Source of the DNA: Oscillospiraceae bacterium | GTDB lineage: Bacteria; Bacillota; Clostridia; Oscillospirales; WRJC01 | Length of the DNA stretch: 61,166 nucleotides | NCBI GenBank assembly: GCA_009780985.1 | Contig: WQYZ01000003.1 | Span: 1-61,166, forward strand | Direction: 5' to 3' | Shown here: piece after piece, positions 20,182 through 30,578 of the stretch | Layout of the letters: each line of letters opens with the position of its first letter | Numbering within the stretch: position 1 is the stretch's first letter | Notes under the pieces: generated by a model | Database searches by the model: none | What the model saw: only the letters and a program-made list of their open reading frames with translations | What the model was told of the DNA's origin: nothing | Position numbers and translations under genes: made by a program

Positions 20182-21156
20182 TTATATAAAAATAAAATTT
20201 GTTTTATTTACAAGCGGCTTGAATATATCACGGCACCACCAATCCATTTTATTAGGAAACCATTCCCATTCTTTTGCCATTTCGTATTGAGATGAAAGAA
20301 ACAATATAATTATAAAAGCAAAATATGCTTCAATATAACGAGGATTTATTTCACATTTTCGAACTCTTTTATATTCTTCTATCATAGATTTACTGTCGCC
20401 GTCAACATGATTGAGACCGTATATACCGGCTATGTCCATATAAAAATGACTATATCCGCAAAGACCGAAGTCTATCGGTGCTAAATGTCCGTCAACGCCC
20501 ATAATTACATTTGATTTTCCTAAATCAGCATGAACAATATGCTTTTCCTGCATATTATCAAGTTCGTCCAACCGACGCTGTATTTCGTAAAGAGATTTAA
20601 TGATAATATCCGCTTGTTTTTCGGTTATCGCTCTAATCCGCATGGCGTTTTCAATTCGTTCTGCAATTTTTGGTAATATTGACTGGTCGAAGTTATATCT
20701 TTTATACAATTTATTTAATTCTGTTTTTTTATAAAAAAAAGAATGTATTTCAGCCATTAATTTTCCACTTTTTATAAGTATCTTCGGAGTCATTATAATA
20801 TTTTCAAGAGTTTGCCCCTCAACCCATTCAAGCAGAGTAACAGGGGTATTATCCGAAAAAGTCTGTACAAGATCGCCATTTATTCCATACACAGGCATTT
20901 GAATAGGTAGATTCGTCCCGTTTTTCAAAGACGAAATTATTTCGAGTTCAGCTTGTACCATTTCGATACGGCTGTAACCTTTATTTAAAAAATCATATGA
21001 AAATCCTTCAATAGACTTGTGTATACGCAGCATATACTTTTTTTCTGCGTCGGTAATTTTGTATGTCATATTTTCACTGTGGCGCAAAAGTTCTGCATGC
21101 GGATGTTTAAAATCGTAAAATTTCAATGCTTGATTTAAAAACTGTTCGTTTATCAT
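20182..21156 (-). CDS. Phosphotransferase (APH/choline kinase/type II homoserine kinase fold)
   Basis: HSENMTY, LRIH, HIVHADLGKSNV, PIDFGLCG. Confidence 0.8.
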   Translation of the reverse strand: MINEQFLNQALKFYDFKHPHAELLRHSENMTYKITDAEKKYMLRIHKSIEGFSYDFLNKGYSRIEMVQAELEIISSLKNGTNLPIQMPVYGINGDLVQTFSDNTPVTLLEWVEGQTLENIIMTPKILIKSGKLMAEIHSFFYKKTELNKLYKRYNFDQSILPKIAERIENAMRIRAITEKQADIIIKSLYEIQRRLDELDNMQEKHIVHADLGKSNVIMGVDGHLAPIDFGLCGYSHFYMDIAGIYGLNHVDGDSKSMIEEYKRVRKCEINPRYIEAYFAFIIILFLSSQYEMAKEWEWFPNKMDWWCRDIFKPLVNKTNFIFI

Positions 21157-21269
21157 TTTACACCATTCGTTTACGCTTTTTGTATTATAGAAAATTTATT
21201 TAACGGCGGATTTTATTTGTACTTTCCTCACCATTTTAAGATCCGCTATAATAACAACAAAATACAGCA

Positions 21270-21299
21270 ATATAGGGACATAATAAACTGTCCCTATAT
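21270..21299 (-). terminator. Hairpin downstream of DUF1858 gene
   Basis: ATATAGGGACA-N8-TGTCCCTATAT. Confidence 0.5.
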
Positions 21300-21333
21300 G
21301 TTTCGCATAATTTAATTTCTTATTATTTTATTA

Positions 21334-21552
21334 TTATTTTTCAGATGCCAAATAATCGTTTATTTTTTCTAAAAGTTCGTTGACGTCTACATCGTGTACT
21401 TCGCACGCTTCTTCAAGCGATTCGCCTCTTGAAGCTGGACAGCCTAAACAGTGCATACCGATTTCTAAAAGATATTGCGCTATTCCCATATCAATATCGA
21501 GTATTTCTCCGATTAACATGTCTTTTGTTATTGTTGTAGCAGGTGCAGCCAT
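21334..21552 (-). CDS. DUF1858 domain protein (hybrid-cluster-associated redox domain)
   Basis: ITKDMLIGEIL, GMHCLGCPASRGESLEEACEVH. Confidence 0.88.
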   Translation of the reverse strand: MAAPATTITKDMLIGEILDIDMGIAQYLLEIGMHCLGCPASRGESLEEACEVHDVDVNELLEKINDYLASEK

Positions 21553-21694
21553 TTTATATTACTCCTTCTATTATTTAAAATAATTATTTTTAAATATAAC
21601 AAATCATTAAATTTATTATATAGTTATTATAACATATAAAAATTAAAAATTCAACTGAAATATAAAATTTTACAGAGGTATCCGCATAATTTTT

Positions 21695-22321
21695 TCAGGA
21701 ATTATAAGAATTATATAAAGCTAAAAGATAACATATAGGTATTTTTTGAGACACAAAATTTTTTTCGTATTCCGTTTGAACATTTCCGTTCAAAAATTCG
21801 CTGTTATATAAATCGTAAGTCGAATTTTCCACATTAAATCCGTTCGACGATAAATTTCTGATTGAGAAGTCAAAAAAATCCTGATTGTCTGTTTTCAATT
21901 CAATTTTAGATTTGGGTTTAAGAATCTTTTTGTAGACTTCAAGGAATAACGGGTGAGTCAAACGTTTATTATGCTGATAGCGTTTGTTCCACGGGTCGGA
22001 GAAATTCAGATATATTCCGGAGATTGAAGAATTGTTTATATAACTTTCAAGTTCCTTGGCGTCGGCGATCATGAATTTAACATTGGATAAATTTAGATTT
22101 TTTGCTTTTTCCATTGCTATGACGATAACGTCCGAAATTTTTTCTACGGCGATAAAATTCGCGTCGGGATATTTCTGCGCCATATCGCATATAAAATTCC
22201 CTTTGCCGCACCCGATTTCCAAATACACCGGTTTGCCGTCTTCGAACATATCGTTCCAGCGCATATAATCCATACACTCCTGTATTCTTTTGTCAGCGTG
22301 TTTCTTTTTGCGCATTCTCAT
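21695..22321 (-). CDS. trmB: tRNA m7G46 methyltransferase
   Basis: MRMRKK, LEIGCGKG, LNFSDPW, RLTH, KTDN, TEYE. Confidence 0.95.
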   Translation of the reverse strand: MRMRKKKHADKRIQECMDYMRWNDMFEDGKPVYLEIGCGKGNFICDMAQKYPDANFIAVEKISDVIVIAMEKAKNLNLSNVKFMIADAKELESYINNSSISGIYLNFSDPWNKRYQHNKRLTHPLFLEVYKKILKPKSKIELKTDNQDFFDFSIRNLSSNGFNVENSTYDLYNSEFLNGNVQTEYEKNFVSQKIPICYLLALYNSYNS

Positions 22322-22371
22322 ATTCTTTTATTTATACTCCAAGTTTTATTTGTTTGTTTCTTTATACAAAA

Positions 22372-22387
22372 TGTTTCACGTGAAACA
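22372..22387. promoter_or_regulatory. parS site 5
   Basis: Perfect TGTTTCACGTGAAACA abutting the fabD stop codon. Confidence 0.9.
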
Positions 22388-23350
22388 TTATTTTATATTA
22401 AACAGTTCAATCGCAGACTCCAGTGTATCCGCGTCCTGAATATTTGTGATCCGCGCGTTTTTGCATGTGCGTTTCACAAGCCCGGATAACACCTTCCCCG
22501 CTCCGATTTCTATAAATAACCCACAGCCGTCCGATTCTAAATTTTCAAGTTCTTTCCTGAATTTTACAGGGTTTGACATCTGTTTTGGTATATAATCTAT
22601 CATAAATGATTTTATATTTCTGTCAAAAATAAATTTTTCTCCTGTTAAGTTCGAGTACAAATCTATTTTCGGAGCATTGAAATTTAATGTCCCGAGAAAT
22701 TTTATTAGTTCGTCCTGTTTATATTGCATAAGGCTGCTGTGAAAGGCTCCTGCGACATTTAATTTCATTGCTCTTATTTTTTTCTCTGAGAATATCCTGA
22801 CAGCCGTTTCGACCGCCTCAGTTTCGCCGCTTATCACAACCTGTCCCGGACAGTTATAATTCGCCGGGATTACATATCCTCCCCCGCTTGATAATACGCC
22901 TGTGCAGACTTCTTCGACAGCGTCGTCCGCCGCTCCGATTACGCTGTACATCAGTCCCGGTTTGTATTCGCATGCCGCTTGCATAACTCCGCCGCGTACT
23001 TTTATTAAATCCAATGTGTCTTTGAAAGTCAGAATTTCCGAAACGCATAGAGAGGTCATTTCGCCAAGCGAAAATCCCGCGATAAAATCAGGCTTGATAT
23101 TATATTCGTCAGCTAAGAGTTTATATATCCCGTAAGATACGGCAAAAATTGCCGACTGCGCATTGTTCGTTTTTGATAATTCCTGTATATCGCCGCAAAT
23201 ATCTATTAAGTTTATTTTTAAATGTTCGCTCGCTTCGTCAAATATTTGTTTAAAAGCATTATACTTTTCGTATAAATCCTTTCCCATTCCCGCATACTGC
23301 GCTCCTTGTCCTGTAAACAGAAACGTCGTTTTACATATATTTTCGCTCAT
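22388..23350 (-). CDS. fabD: Malonyl-CoA:ACP transacylase
   Basis: FTGQGAQYAGMG, GFSLGE, ANYNCPGQVVISG, GAFHS; ATG 23350 after AAGGGG. Confidence 0.95.
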   Translation of the reverse strand: MSENICKTTFLFTGQGAQYAGMGKDLYEKYNAFKQIFDEASEHLKINLIDICGDIQELSKTNNAQSAIFAVSYGIYKLLADEYNIKPDFIAGFSLGEMTSLCVSEILTFKDTLDLIKVRGGVMQAACEYKPGLMYSVIGAADDAVEEVCTGVLSSGGGYVIPANYNCPGQVVISGETEAVETAVRIFSEKKIRAMKLNVAGAFHSSLMQYKQDELIKFLGTLNFNAPKIDLYSNLTGEKFIFDRNIKSFMIDYIPKQMSNPVKFRKELENLESDGCGLFIEIGAGKVLSGLVKRTCKNARITNIQDADTLESAIELFNIK

Positions 23351-23509
23351 ATTATTTATTCCCCTTTTATTTAATTTTTTCTGTCTGTAGATTATTATAC
23401 AATATATTTTCAAATTAAGCAATATGATTTGTTATTTATTCAATTTTTGCTAACATATTATGTTTATAATAAGATTAAAATATCATAGAAAGGGCTGAGG
23501 GCATATCAT

Positions 23510-24523
23510 ATGAAAAACATAAATTCTGTCATAACCGGAACCGGATCATATCTTCCGGAGTTTGTTTTGGACAACAAAATGCTGGAACAAACAGTAGAAA
23601 CATACAACGACTGGATTGTCTCAAGAACCGGAATAAAAGAAAGACGAATGGAACAGGAGAAACTGACTTTTGAAATGATAGGCGAAGCGTGCAAATGCGC
23701 CCTGAACAACGCAGGACTTACTCCTGATAAGATAGATATGATAATCGTCAGCACAATTACATCGGATTACAGCTTCCCATCCACAGCGTGTCTTGTGCAG
23801 AATTATATACAGGCGGATAACGCCTCGTCATTCGATGTTGCGGCGGCATGCGCGGGATTTATATTTGTGCTTGACATGGCCGACGCATATATAAAAGCCG
23901 GCAGGGCGAAGAATATCCTGATTGCTTCCGGCGATGTGCTCACCCGCACAGTCAATTATTTTGACAGAAGCAACTGTATTTTATTCGGAGACGGAGCGGG
24001 CGCGGCAGTTGTCTCTGCGTCGGAAGAACCGGAGAGGGGCGTCATAGCAAGTTATACGGCGAGCGAATGTGACGGGTTAAAGCCGTTTTTTATTCAGGCG
24101 GAGTTATATAAACCCTCTCAGATTTTCGATAAAGAAACTAAATTATTCAAGGGTAACGTTGATAAAGTGCGCAACAGTTATATTACGCAGAACGGGCGTG
24201 AAGTCATGCAGTTTGTGACAAAGGTCGTGCCCAAAGCCTTAGACGAGGTTTTAAGAAGAGCGAATAAAAATATGGCTGATTTAAAATATATAATTCTTCA
24301 TCAGGCAAACAAGAGAATAATAGACCATGTTGTTGACAAGTGCCAGATAGACCGCGAGAAAGTGCCGCTGACTATAGATAAATATGGCAATACTTCAAGT
24401 TCTACTGTGCCTATACTTTTACACGAATTAAACGAACAGAATTTAATACGCCGAGGGGATTTAATCGCCCTTGCAGGATTCGGTTCGGGTCTCGTATACG
24501 GTGCGGTTTTAGTCAAATGGTAA
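23510..24523 (+). CDS. fabH: 3-oxoacyl-ACP synthase III
   Basis: AACAGF, LFGDGAGA, HQAN, GNTSS catalytic motifs. Confidence 0.95.
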   Translation: MKNINSVITGTGSYLPEFVLDNKMLEQTVETYNDWIVSRTGIKERRMEQEKLTFEMIGEACKCALNNAGLTPDKIDMIIVSTITSDYSFPSTACLVQNYIQADNASSFDVAAACAGFIFVLDMADAYIKAGRAKNILIASGDVLTRTVNYFDRSNCILFGDGAGAAVVSASEEPERGVIASYTASECDGLKPFFIQAELYKPSQIFDKETKLFKGNVDKVRNSYITQNGREVMQFVTKVVPKALDEVLRRANKNMADLKYIILHQANKRIIDHVVDKCQIDREKVPLTIDKYGNTSSSTVPILLHELNEQNLIRRGDLIALAGFGSGLVYGAVLVKW

Positions 24524-24595
24524 TTATTTGAATAAAAAATTTTTAAAGCGCTCAATAATTTGGCTTCCTCAATCGTTTTAATAAGGGGGCAACAT

Positions 24596-24925
24596 ATGGA
24601 ACAGAAAAAATTCATGGCTAAAGAAAATTTTTACGAAGTAATTCAGGAAATACGGGAAATAGTTAAAGACCCGGAAAACCTGAGATGCACATGTCCGAAT
24701 ACATTCTGCGAGTGGTACGGCAAATGCAGGGAATGTGTTGCCCAGCACAGATATTTCGGGAAACATCTGCCGGTATGTTTACAGCCGATACTAAAAGATA
24801 AAATCAACGCTTTAGCCGAAACGGCTGAACTGTATACAGACGCAAAAGAGCGTTCTACTATAGAAGATTGGCAGTATGTCAGCGAAAGAGATAATTTAAA
24901 TAAACAAAACGGTGATAATAAATAA
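24596..24925 (+). CDS. Small Cys/His-rich hypothetical protein (probable metal-binding)
   Basis: CTCPNTFCEWYGKCRECVAQH...HLPVC; AAGGGGG RBS before ATG 24596; TAATG overlap with next gene. Confidence 0.7.
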   Translation: MEQKKFMAKENFYEVIQEIREIVKDPENLRCTCPNTFCEWYGKCRECVAQHRYFGKHLPVCLQPILKDKINALAETAELYTDAKERSTIEDWQYVSERDNLNKQNGDNK

Positions 24926-25827
24926 TGACGGAATATATTTTTAAAAGCGAAATTTCAGGAAAGGCTTCATGGGCAAAAATTTATCAGTCTATTGAGATAT
25001 GGGAGCCCTTGATTAATTTTATTTTGGAGAAAGAGAATTTGCCCGTATCAAAAATCGAAAACCTTTCGCCCGGAACAAACGCCGTATTTAAATCCGGCGG
25101 ATATGTTGTAAAGATATTTTCTCCCATAGAAGCCGACTACGGCGGCGAAGCGGAGTATAAATCTGAAAGTTACGCGTTATCTTTTGCGCAGTCGCACGGA
25201 GTTTCGGTTCCGAAAGTGATTGCAAACGGAGAAATTGACGATAAATATCATTTCCTGTATATGATTATGAAATATATAGAGGGCGTAGAATTCAACGAAG
25301 CCTCGGCAAAATTTACAGACGATGAAAAATTCGCGTTCGCAAAGCGTTTGCGGGAATTTACGGATTTAATGAATATACCGTGTGAAGATTTTAACGGAAT
25401 AGATGCTATACGCGACCCATGCAGACATAAACGCTGGGATGAATATTCTGAAAATTTTAAGAAAGAACGCCTTGAATATCTCAACACTCACGATTTCGGC
25501 GAAAAGGTTCTTGTTCACGGTGATTTAGGCAACGATAATATGTTGATTGATAATGCAGGTAATATTTATATTATAGATTTCGCAGATTCTATTGTTGCAC
25601 CGCAAAGTTATGAACATGCTTATTTGATAAGTGTGCTATTTAAGTTTGACAAATCATATTTGCAAGGTTATTTCGGCGAATATAAAGCAAGCGAACTTGT
25701 TGACATCTGTTTTGACGGAATATTGATACATGATTTCGGCGGATGGATTGTCGAGGAGATAGGCAAAACCGAAGAAATAAATTGTCTGAAAGATTTACGG
25801 GATAGATTATACGATAAAATAAAATGA
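24925..25827 (+). CDS. Aminoglycoside-phosphotransferase-family kinase
   Basis: PGTNAVF, VVKIF, LVHGDLGNDN, IIDFAD. Confidence 0.8.
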   Translation: MTEYIFKSEISGKASWAKIYQSIEIWEPLINFILEKENLPVSKIENLSPGTNAVFKSGGYVVKIFSPIEADYGGEAEYKSESYALSFAQSHGVSVPKVIANGEIDDKYHFLYMIMKYIEGVEFNEASAKFTDDEKFAFAKRLREFTDLMNIPCEDFNGIDAIRDPCRHKRWDEYSENFKKERLEYLNTHDFGEKVLVHGDLGNDNMLIDNAGNIYIIDFADSIVAPQSYEHAYLISVLFKFDKSYLQGYFGEYKASELVDICFDGILIHDFGGWIVEEIGKTEEINCLKDLRDRLYDKIK

Positions 25828-25852
25828 ATTACATAAAGAGGTGTTTTAAATT

Positions 25853-26590
25853 ATGAATAAAAAAGCTGTTTTAATCACAGGAGCCGCCGGAGGAATCGGC
25901 GCGTGTGTCGCGGAAACTCTTGCGGGCGAAAGATACAATATAATAATAACAGACGTAATTCCCGAAGAAAAGGCAGAGAATACTATAAATAAATGCAAGG
26001 AAAAAGGCGCGGAAGTTTTGTATATACAAAGCGATGTCTCGTCTTATTCTTCGTGCGAAGAAGCAGTGAAACAATCCGTCGAAAAATTCGGCGGGATATA
26101 CGGACTTGTAAATAACGCGGGAATTATAAAAGACGCTCTTTTAATGCGTATGACTGAAGAACAATGGGATAATGTTATATCAGTAAATTTAAAGGGTGTT
26201 TTTAATATGTCACACCATGTCGTTCCTCATATGGTAAAAGCAAAAGCGGGCAGGATTGTAAGTCTTTCGTCAGTCGCGGGAATATACGGCAACGCCGGAC
26301 AGACAAATTATTCGTCAACTAAAGCGGGAATTATCGGATTTACAAAATCGCTCGCCAAAGAAGTCGGAGCCAGAGGTATAACCGTAAACGCAGTCGCTCC
26401 GGGATTCATAGAAACGCCTATGACTGCAAATTTGCCTCAAAAGGCTGTTGAGGAAGCAACATCGAGAATCTCTCTGAAATCGTTCGGCTCCGCGCAGGAC
26501 ATCGCAAATGCAGTATCATTTTTGATAAGCGACAAAGCTTCATATATAAGCGGACATGTTCTTTCAGTCGACGGCGGCATGAGTCTATAA
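25853..26590 (+). CDS. fabG: 3-oxoacyl-ACP reductase
   Basis: TGAAGGIG, NNAGI, GQTNYSSTKAG, VAPGFIET. Confidence 0.95.
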   Translation: MNKKAVLITGAAGGIGACVAETLAGERYNIIITDVIPEEKAENTINKCKEKGAEVLYIQSDVSSYSSCEEAVKQSVEKFGGIYGLVNNAGIIKDALLMRMTEEQWDNVISVNLKGVFNMSHHVVPHMVKAKAGRIVSLSSVAGIYGNAGQTNYSSTKAGIIGFTKSLAKEVGARGITVNAVAPGFIETPMTANLPQKAVEEATSRISLKSFGSAQDIANAVSFLISDKASYISGHVLSVDGGMSL

Positions 26591-26660
26591 TTAACAAATT
26601 TAACAAATATTAGATAACAATTTATAATTACATTATACGCAAAGGAGAAAAAATACAATA

Positions 26661-27917
26661 ATGAGCAGCAGAGTTGTCGTTACCGGAATAGGCATGATAA
26701 CATCCGCCGGAAAAAATGTAAATGAAAGCTGGCAAAGAGTTTTAAGCGGCGATACCGCTATTGATAATATCACAAGATTTGATACTTCAAATTTTAAAGT
26801 TAAGCTCGCCGCAGAAATAAAAGATTTTGACCCTGCGCCTTTTGTCGAGGACAGAAAAGATATAAGACGGCTTGACAGGTTTGCGCAGTATGCGCTTGCC
26901 GCAGTCCACGAAGCCGTAACGTCGTCCGGGATTGATTTCAAAAACGACGCCGGTTTGGATAAAAGACGGTGCGGGATTATATTCGGTTCCGGAATCGGCG
27001 GTATCGAAACATTGGAAACAGAAATTATGAAATATCAGAATAACGGAGAGAAAGGCGCGTCAAGGGTTTCTCCTCTCTATATTCCCATGCTGATCGCAAA
27101 TATAGCGGCGGGACATATATCGATAAAATACGGGCTCGAAGGACACGGTTTTTGTCCGGTCACAGCCTGCGCGACAAGCGCGCACGCTGTAGGCGAAGCG
27201 TTCAGGGCAATAAAGCACGGCTACGCGGATATAATAATAGCAGGCGGAAGCGAATCCGCTATAACTCCTACGGCTATCGCAGGGTTCCAGAATACGACCA
27301 CAATGTCAACTTCGGCTGATAAAAACGCGGCGTTGCTCGCATTTGACAAACGCAGAGACGGGTTTATCATGGGCGAGGGTTCGGGAGCGTTGATTATGGA
27401 GAATTACGAGAGCGCAAAAAAACGCGGCGCGGTTATATACGGCGAGGTCGTCGGGTATTGCGCAAACTTTGACGCGTTTCATATCACAAGTCCCGAACAG
27501 ACAGGAAAAGGCGCGGCTAATGCGATTTTAGGAGCAATTGACGACGCAAAGATTGACATGAATCAAATCGGCTATATAAACGCTCACGGCACAGGCACCG
27601 CGATAAACGATAAAACCGAAACGCTCGCGCTCAAACGCGCTTTCGGCGAAAACGCGTATAATATCCCCGTGTCTTCCACAAAAGGAGTCACAGGGCATAT
27701 GCTCGGAGCTACCGGAGCGGTCGAGTCAATATTCTGCATTAAAACAATAAACGACGGCATACTTCCGCCCACCGCAAATCTGCGGGAAATCGACCCGGAG
27801 TGCGATCTGGACTATATTCCGTTAAACGCACGGGAGAAAAAGATAGATTATGCGTTATCAACTTCTTTGGGATTCGGTTCGACTAACGCCGTGCTTATTA
27901 TAAAGAAATTTATGTGA
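26661..27917 (+). CDS. fabF: 3-oxoacyl-ACP synthase II
   Basis: RVVVTGIG, TACAT, INAHGTGT, TGHMLGA (Cys-His-His triad). Confidence 0.95.
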   Translation: MSSRVVVTGIGMITSAGKNVNESWQRVLSGDTAIDNITRFDTSNFKVKLAAEIKDFDPAPFVEDRKDIRRLDRFAQYALAAVHEAVTSSGIDFKNDAGLDKRRCGIIFGSGIGGIETLETEIMKYQNNGEKGASRVSPLYIPMLIANIAAGHISIKYGLEGHGFCPVTACATSAHAVGEAFRAIKHGYADIIIAGGSESAITPTAIAGFQNTTTMSTSADKNAALLAFDKRRDGFIMGEGSGALIMENYESAKKRGAVIYGEVVGYCANFDAFHITSPEQTGKGAANAILGAIDDAKIDMNQIGYINAHGTGTAINDKTETLALKRAFGENAYNIPVSSTKGVTGHMLGATGAVESIFCIKTINDGILPPTANLREIDPECDLDYIPLNAREKKIDYALSTSLGFGSTNAVLIIKKFM

Positions 27918-27937
27918 TTGCAAAATTATTCCAATGT

Positions 27938-28009
27938 GTAGGGGCGGGGTTTTCCCGCCCGCGAAATAACACCAATGTAGATTCAAGGGCGGGAAAACCC
28001 CGCCCCTAC
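27938..28009. repeat. GTAG-type REP-like doublet 2
   Basis: GTAGGGGCGGGGTTTTCCCGCCC...GGGCGGGAAAACCCCGCCCCTAC, perfect 23-bp inverted arms between fabF and accB. Confidence 0.85.
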
Positions 28010-28038
28010 GAACAAAATGATTCACAGGGAGGAAACAT

Positions 28039-28593
28039 ATGGCAGTAATTAAAAAATTTGATAGTTTTGAAAACAAAGATGATATTTTTGAACTCATAGA
28101 TAAATTTGATAAAAGTTCGCTGTTTGAGTTAGACATTTCGATTGCTTATCCAACTGATGTTTTTCAGGTTGAACGGGAAGTAAAAATAAAAATGATGAAA
28201 ACGTCGGGCGCAAGGAATAATTATTGGGATACGCACAGAGATATTGATGAAGAAGATGATGAGGATAATTTCGATGATGTTGACGACAACCGGAAAGAGA
28301 ATGCGAAAACTATAAAAATGACAAAATCGGAAAAACCTGCGGATGCAAATTCTGTCGCAGACAGTATAATAAAAGCGCCGTTAATCGGGACTTTTTACGC
28401 GTCGCCGTCGCCGGATTCGGAAGCGTATGTAAAAGTGGGCGATAAGGTTGAAAAAGGCATGGTTTTATGTATAATCGAAGCGATGAAAATCATGAACGAA
28501 ATAGAGAGCGAAACAAACGGAGAAATCGCCGAAATTCTGGCGAAAACAGGCGATGTTGTGGAATACGGACAGCCTCTGTTCAGATTAAAATAG
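28039..28593 (+). CDS. accB: Acetyl-CoA carboxylase biotin carboxyl carrier protein
   Basis: [23 protein letters not shown] biotinyl-Lys, VEYGQPLF. Confidence 0.93.
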   Translation: MAVIKKFDSFENKDDIFELIDKFDKSSLFELDISIAYPTDVFQVEREVKIKMMKTSGARNNYWDTHRDIDEEDDEDNFDDVDDNRKENAKTIKMTKSEKPADANSVADSIIKAPLIGTFYASPSPDSEAYVKVGDKVEKGMVLCIIEAMKIMNEIESETNGEIAEILAKTGDVVEYGQPLFRLK

Positions 28594-28618
28594 ATTGAAA
28601 ATAAACGGAGATATATAA

Positions 28619-29047
28619 ATGTTGTATAATCAGGAGCAGATAAAAGCGGTAATACCACACAGAGATCCATTTTTACTTATAGATGAAATTGAGGAATATG
28701 TAGAAAAAGAGAGTGTCACCGCGATAAAGCATGTAACAGGCGAAGAAGATTTTTTCAGAGGACATTTTCCGGAATATAAAGTTATGCCGGGAGTATTAAT
28801 TCTTGAAGCGTTGGCACAGGCGGGAGCGTTTATTGTTTTAAACATTGAAGAATACAAGGGTAAAATCGCGTTTTTCGCGGGAGCGGACGATGTCAAATGG
28901 CGTAAACAGGTCAAGCCGGGCGACACTCTTAGATTATGTGTAAAAGTCGATAAATTCAAACTCGGCATAGGAATCGCGGACGCAGTCGCGTATGTCGGAC
29001 AAGACGCCGTATGCACGGCGAAGATAAAATTCGCAGTGCAGAGATAA
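28619..29047 (+). CDS. fabZ: 3-hydroxyacyl-ACP dehydratase
   Basis: IPHRDPFLLID, FFRGHFP, MPGVLILEALAQ. Confidence 0.95.
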   Translation: MLYNQEQIKAVIPHRDPFLLIDEIEEYVEKESVTAIKHVTGEEDFFRGHFPEYKVMPGVLILEALAQAGAFIVLNIEEYKGKIAFFAGADDVKWRKQVKPGDTLRLCVKVDKFKLGIGIADAVAYVGQDAVCTAKIKFAVQR

Positions 29048-29060
29048 ATATAGAAATATT

Positions 29061-29143
29061 GTAGGGCGTGGCATCCCTGACACGCCGCAAATGTACACCA
29101 ATGCGGGGGTTTCACACGGCGCGTATAGGAATCCGCGCCCTAT
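29061..29143. repeat. GTAG-type REP-like doublet 3 (degenerate)
   Basis: GTAGGGCGTGGCATCCCTGACACGCCG...CGGCGCGTATAGGAATCCGCGCCCTAT between fabZ and accC. Confidence 0.7.
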
Positions 29144-29201
29144 AAATATTACGTTTTAATTGTAATATATACAATATAAATTTCAAAGGTTATATAATAA
29201 T

Positions 29202-30554
29202 ATGTTCAAGAAAATACTGATTGCAAACAGAGGCGAAATCGCCGTAAGAATTATAAGAGCGTGCAGGGACATGGGAATAATAAGCGTCGCTGTCTATTCC
29301 GAAGCGGACAGGGATTCTATGCACGCCAATATCGCCGACGAAAGTCTGTGTATCGGCGGAGCAGCCGCGAAAGACAGCTATCTCAATATGCGCGCGATTA
29401 TTACAGCCGCGCAGATTTGCGGAGCCGACGCAATACACCCGGGTTACGGTTTTTTGTCTGAAAATACGCTTTTCGTCAAATTGTGCGAAGAAAATGGGAT
29501 AAAATTTATAGGACCGAGCGCGAAATCAATCGCGCTCATGGGCAATAAAGCCGAAGCGAAAATTATGATGACAAAAGCAGGCGTCCCGACAATCCCCGGT
29601 TCAGACGGAGCGGTTCACAGCCTTAAAGAAGCTGATGAAGTATGCGGTCAGATACAATATCCCGTGATGATAAAAGCCTCCAGCGGAGGCGGCGGGCGGG
29701 GAATAAGAAAAGTTGCAGATTTTGATGAGTTAAAAAATGCGTATGATATGTGCAGAGCCGAAGCCCAGGCATCTTTCGGGGACGATTCTGTTTATATAGA
29801 AAAATTTATAGAAAATCCAAGACATATAGAAATACAGATACTTGCCGACGAATACGGCAACACTATACATCTGTTTGAGCGCGACTGTTCTCTCCAGAGA
29901 CGTCACCAGAAAATTATGGAAGAAGCTCCGTCAACTTTTATGGACCCTGAGCTTCGCCAAAAAATGGGGGACGCGGCGGTCAAAGCGGCAAAAGCGGCAA
30001 ATTACGCGAACGCCGGGACGATTGAGTTTTTAGTTGACAAAGACAAAAATTTTTATTTTATGGAAATGAACACAAGAATACAGGTCGAACACCCTGTAAC
30101 TGAATTTATCACGGGAATAGATATAGCGGCGCAGCAAATCAAAATAGCGAACGGGGAACCGCTCGGATTGTCGCAGAGCGATATAAAACTTCTCGGGCAC
30201 GCTATAGAGTGCAGAATAAACGCGGAAAACCCGGATAAAAATTTCGCTCCGTCGCCGGGTATCATAAAAGAACTGAACGTTCCGGGCGGTCCGGGGGTGC
30301 GCGTTGACAGCGCGGTATATCAGGGGTATAATATACCGCCGTATTATGATTCTATGATTTCAAAGTTAATCGTATTCGGAAACAACAGAGAAGAGGCAAT
30401 CGCGAGAATGAGGCGCGCGCTTGCAGAGTATTTATTCGATGGAATAATAACGAACGTGGATTATCAGATAGAACTTTTATCGACCGAAGAGTTTCAGACG
30501 GGCAATTTCCACAACAATTTTGTGGACGAGTATAATAAACGCAGGAACAGATAG
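29202..30554 (+). CDS. accC: Biotin carboxylase
   Basis: KILIANRGEIA, HPGYGFLSEN, GGGGRG, EMNTRIQVEHP. Confidence 0.97.
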   Translation: MFKKILIANRGEIAVRIIRACRDMGIISVAVYSEADRDSMHANIADESLCIGGAAAKDSYLNMRAIITAAQICGADAIHPGYGFLSENTLFVKLCEENGIKFIGPSAKSIALMGNKAEAKIMMTKAGVPTIPGSDGAVHSLKEADEVCGQIQYPVMIKASSGGGGRGIRKVADFDELKNAYDMCRAEAQASFGDDSVYIEKFIENPRHIEIQILADEYGNTIHLFERDCSLQRRHQKIMEEAPSTFMDPELRQKMGDAAVKAAKAANYANAGTIEFLVDKDKNFYFMEMNTRIQVEHPVTEFITGIDIAAQQIKIANGEPLGLSQSDIKLLGHAIECRINAENPDKNFAPSPGIIKELNVPGGPGVRVDSAVYQGYNIPPYYDSMISKLIVFGNNREEAIARMRRALAEYLFDGIITNVDYQIELLSTEEFQTGNFHNNFVDEYNKRRNR

Positions 30555-30578
30555 ATTTGCGTGGGAAATAAATAGATT

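Noticed and set aside
21206-21246. GCGGATTTTA...TAAGATCCGC inverted repeat with 12-codon uORF upstream of the phosphotransferase
   Set aside because: No clear RBS for the uORF and no recognisable attenuator; could be chance
10876-22387. parS copies or REP-like elements as a CRISPR array
   Set aside because: Dispersed, not regularly spaced, no cas genes in window
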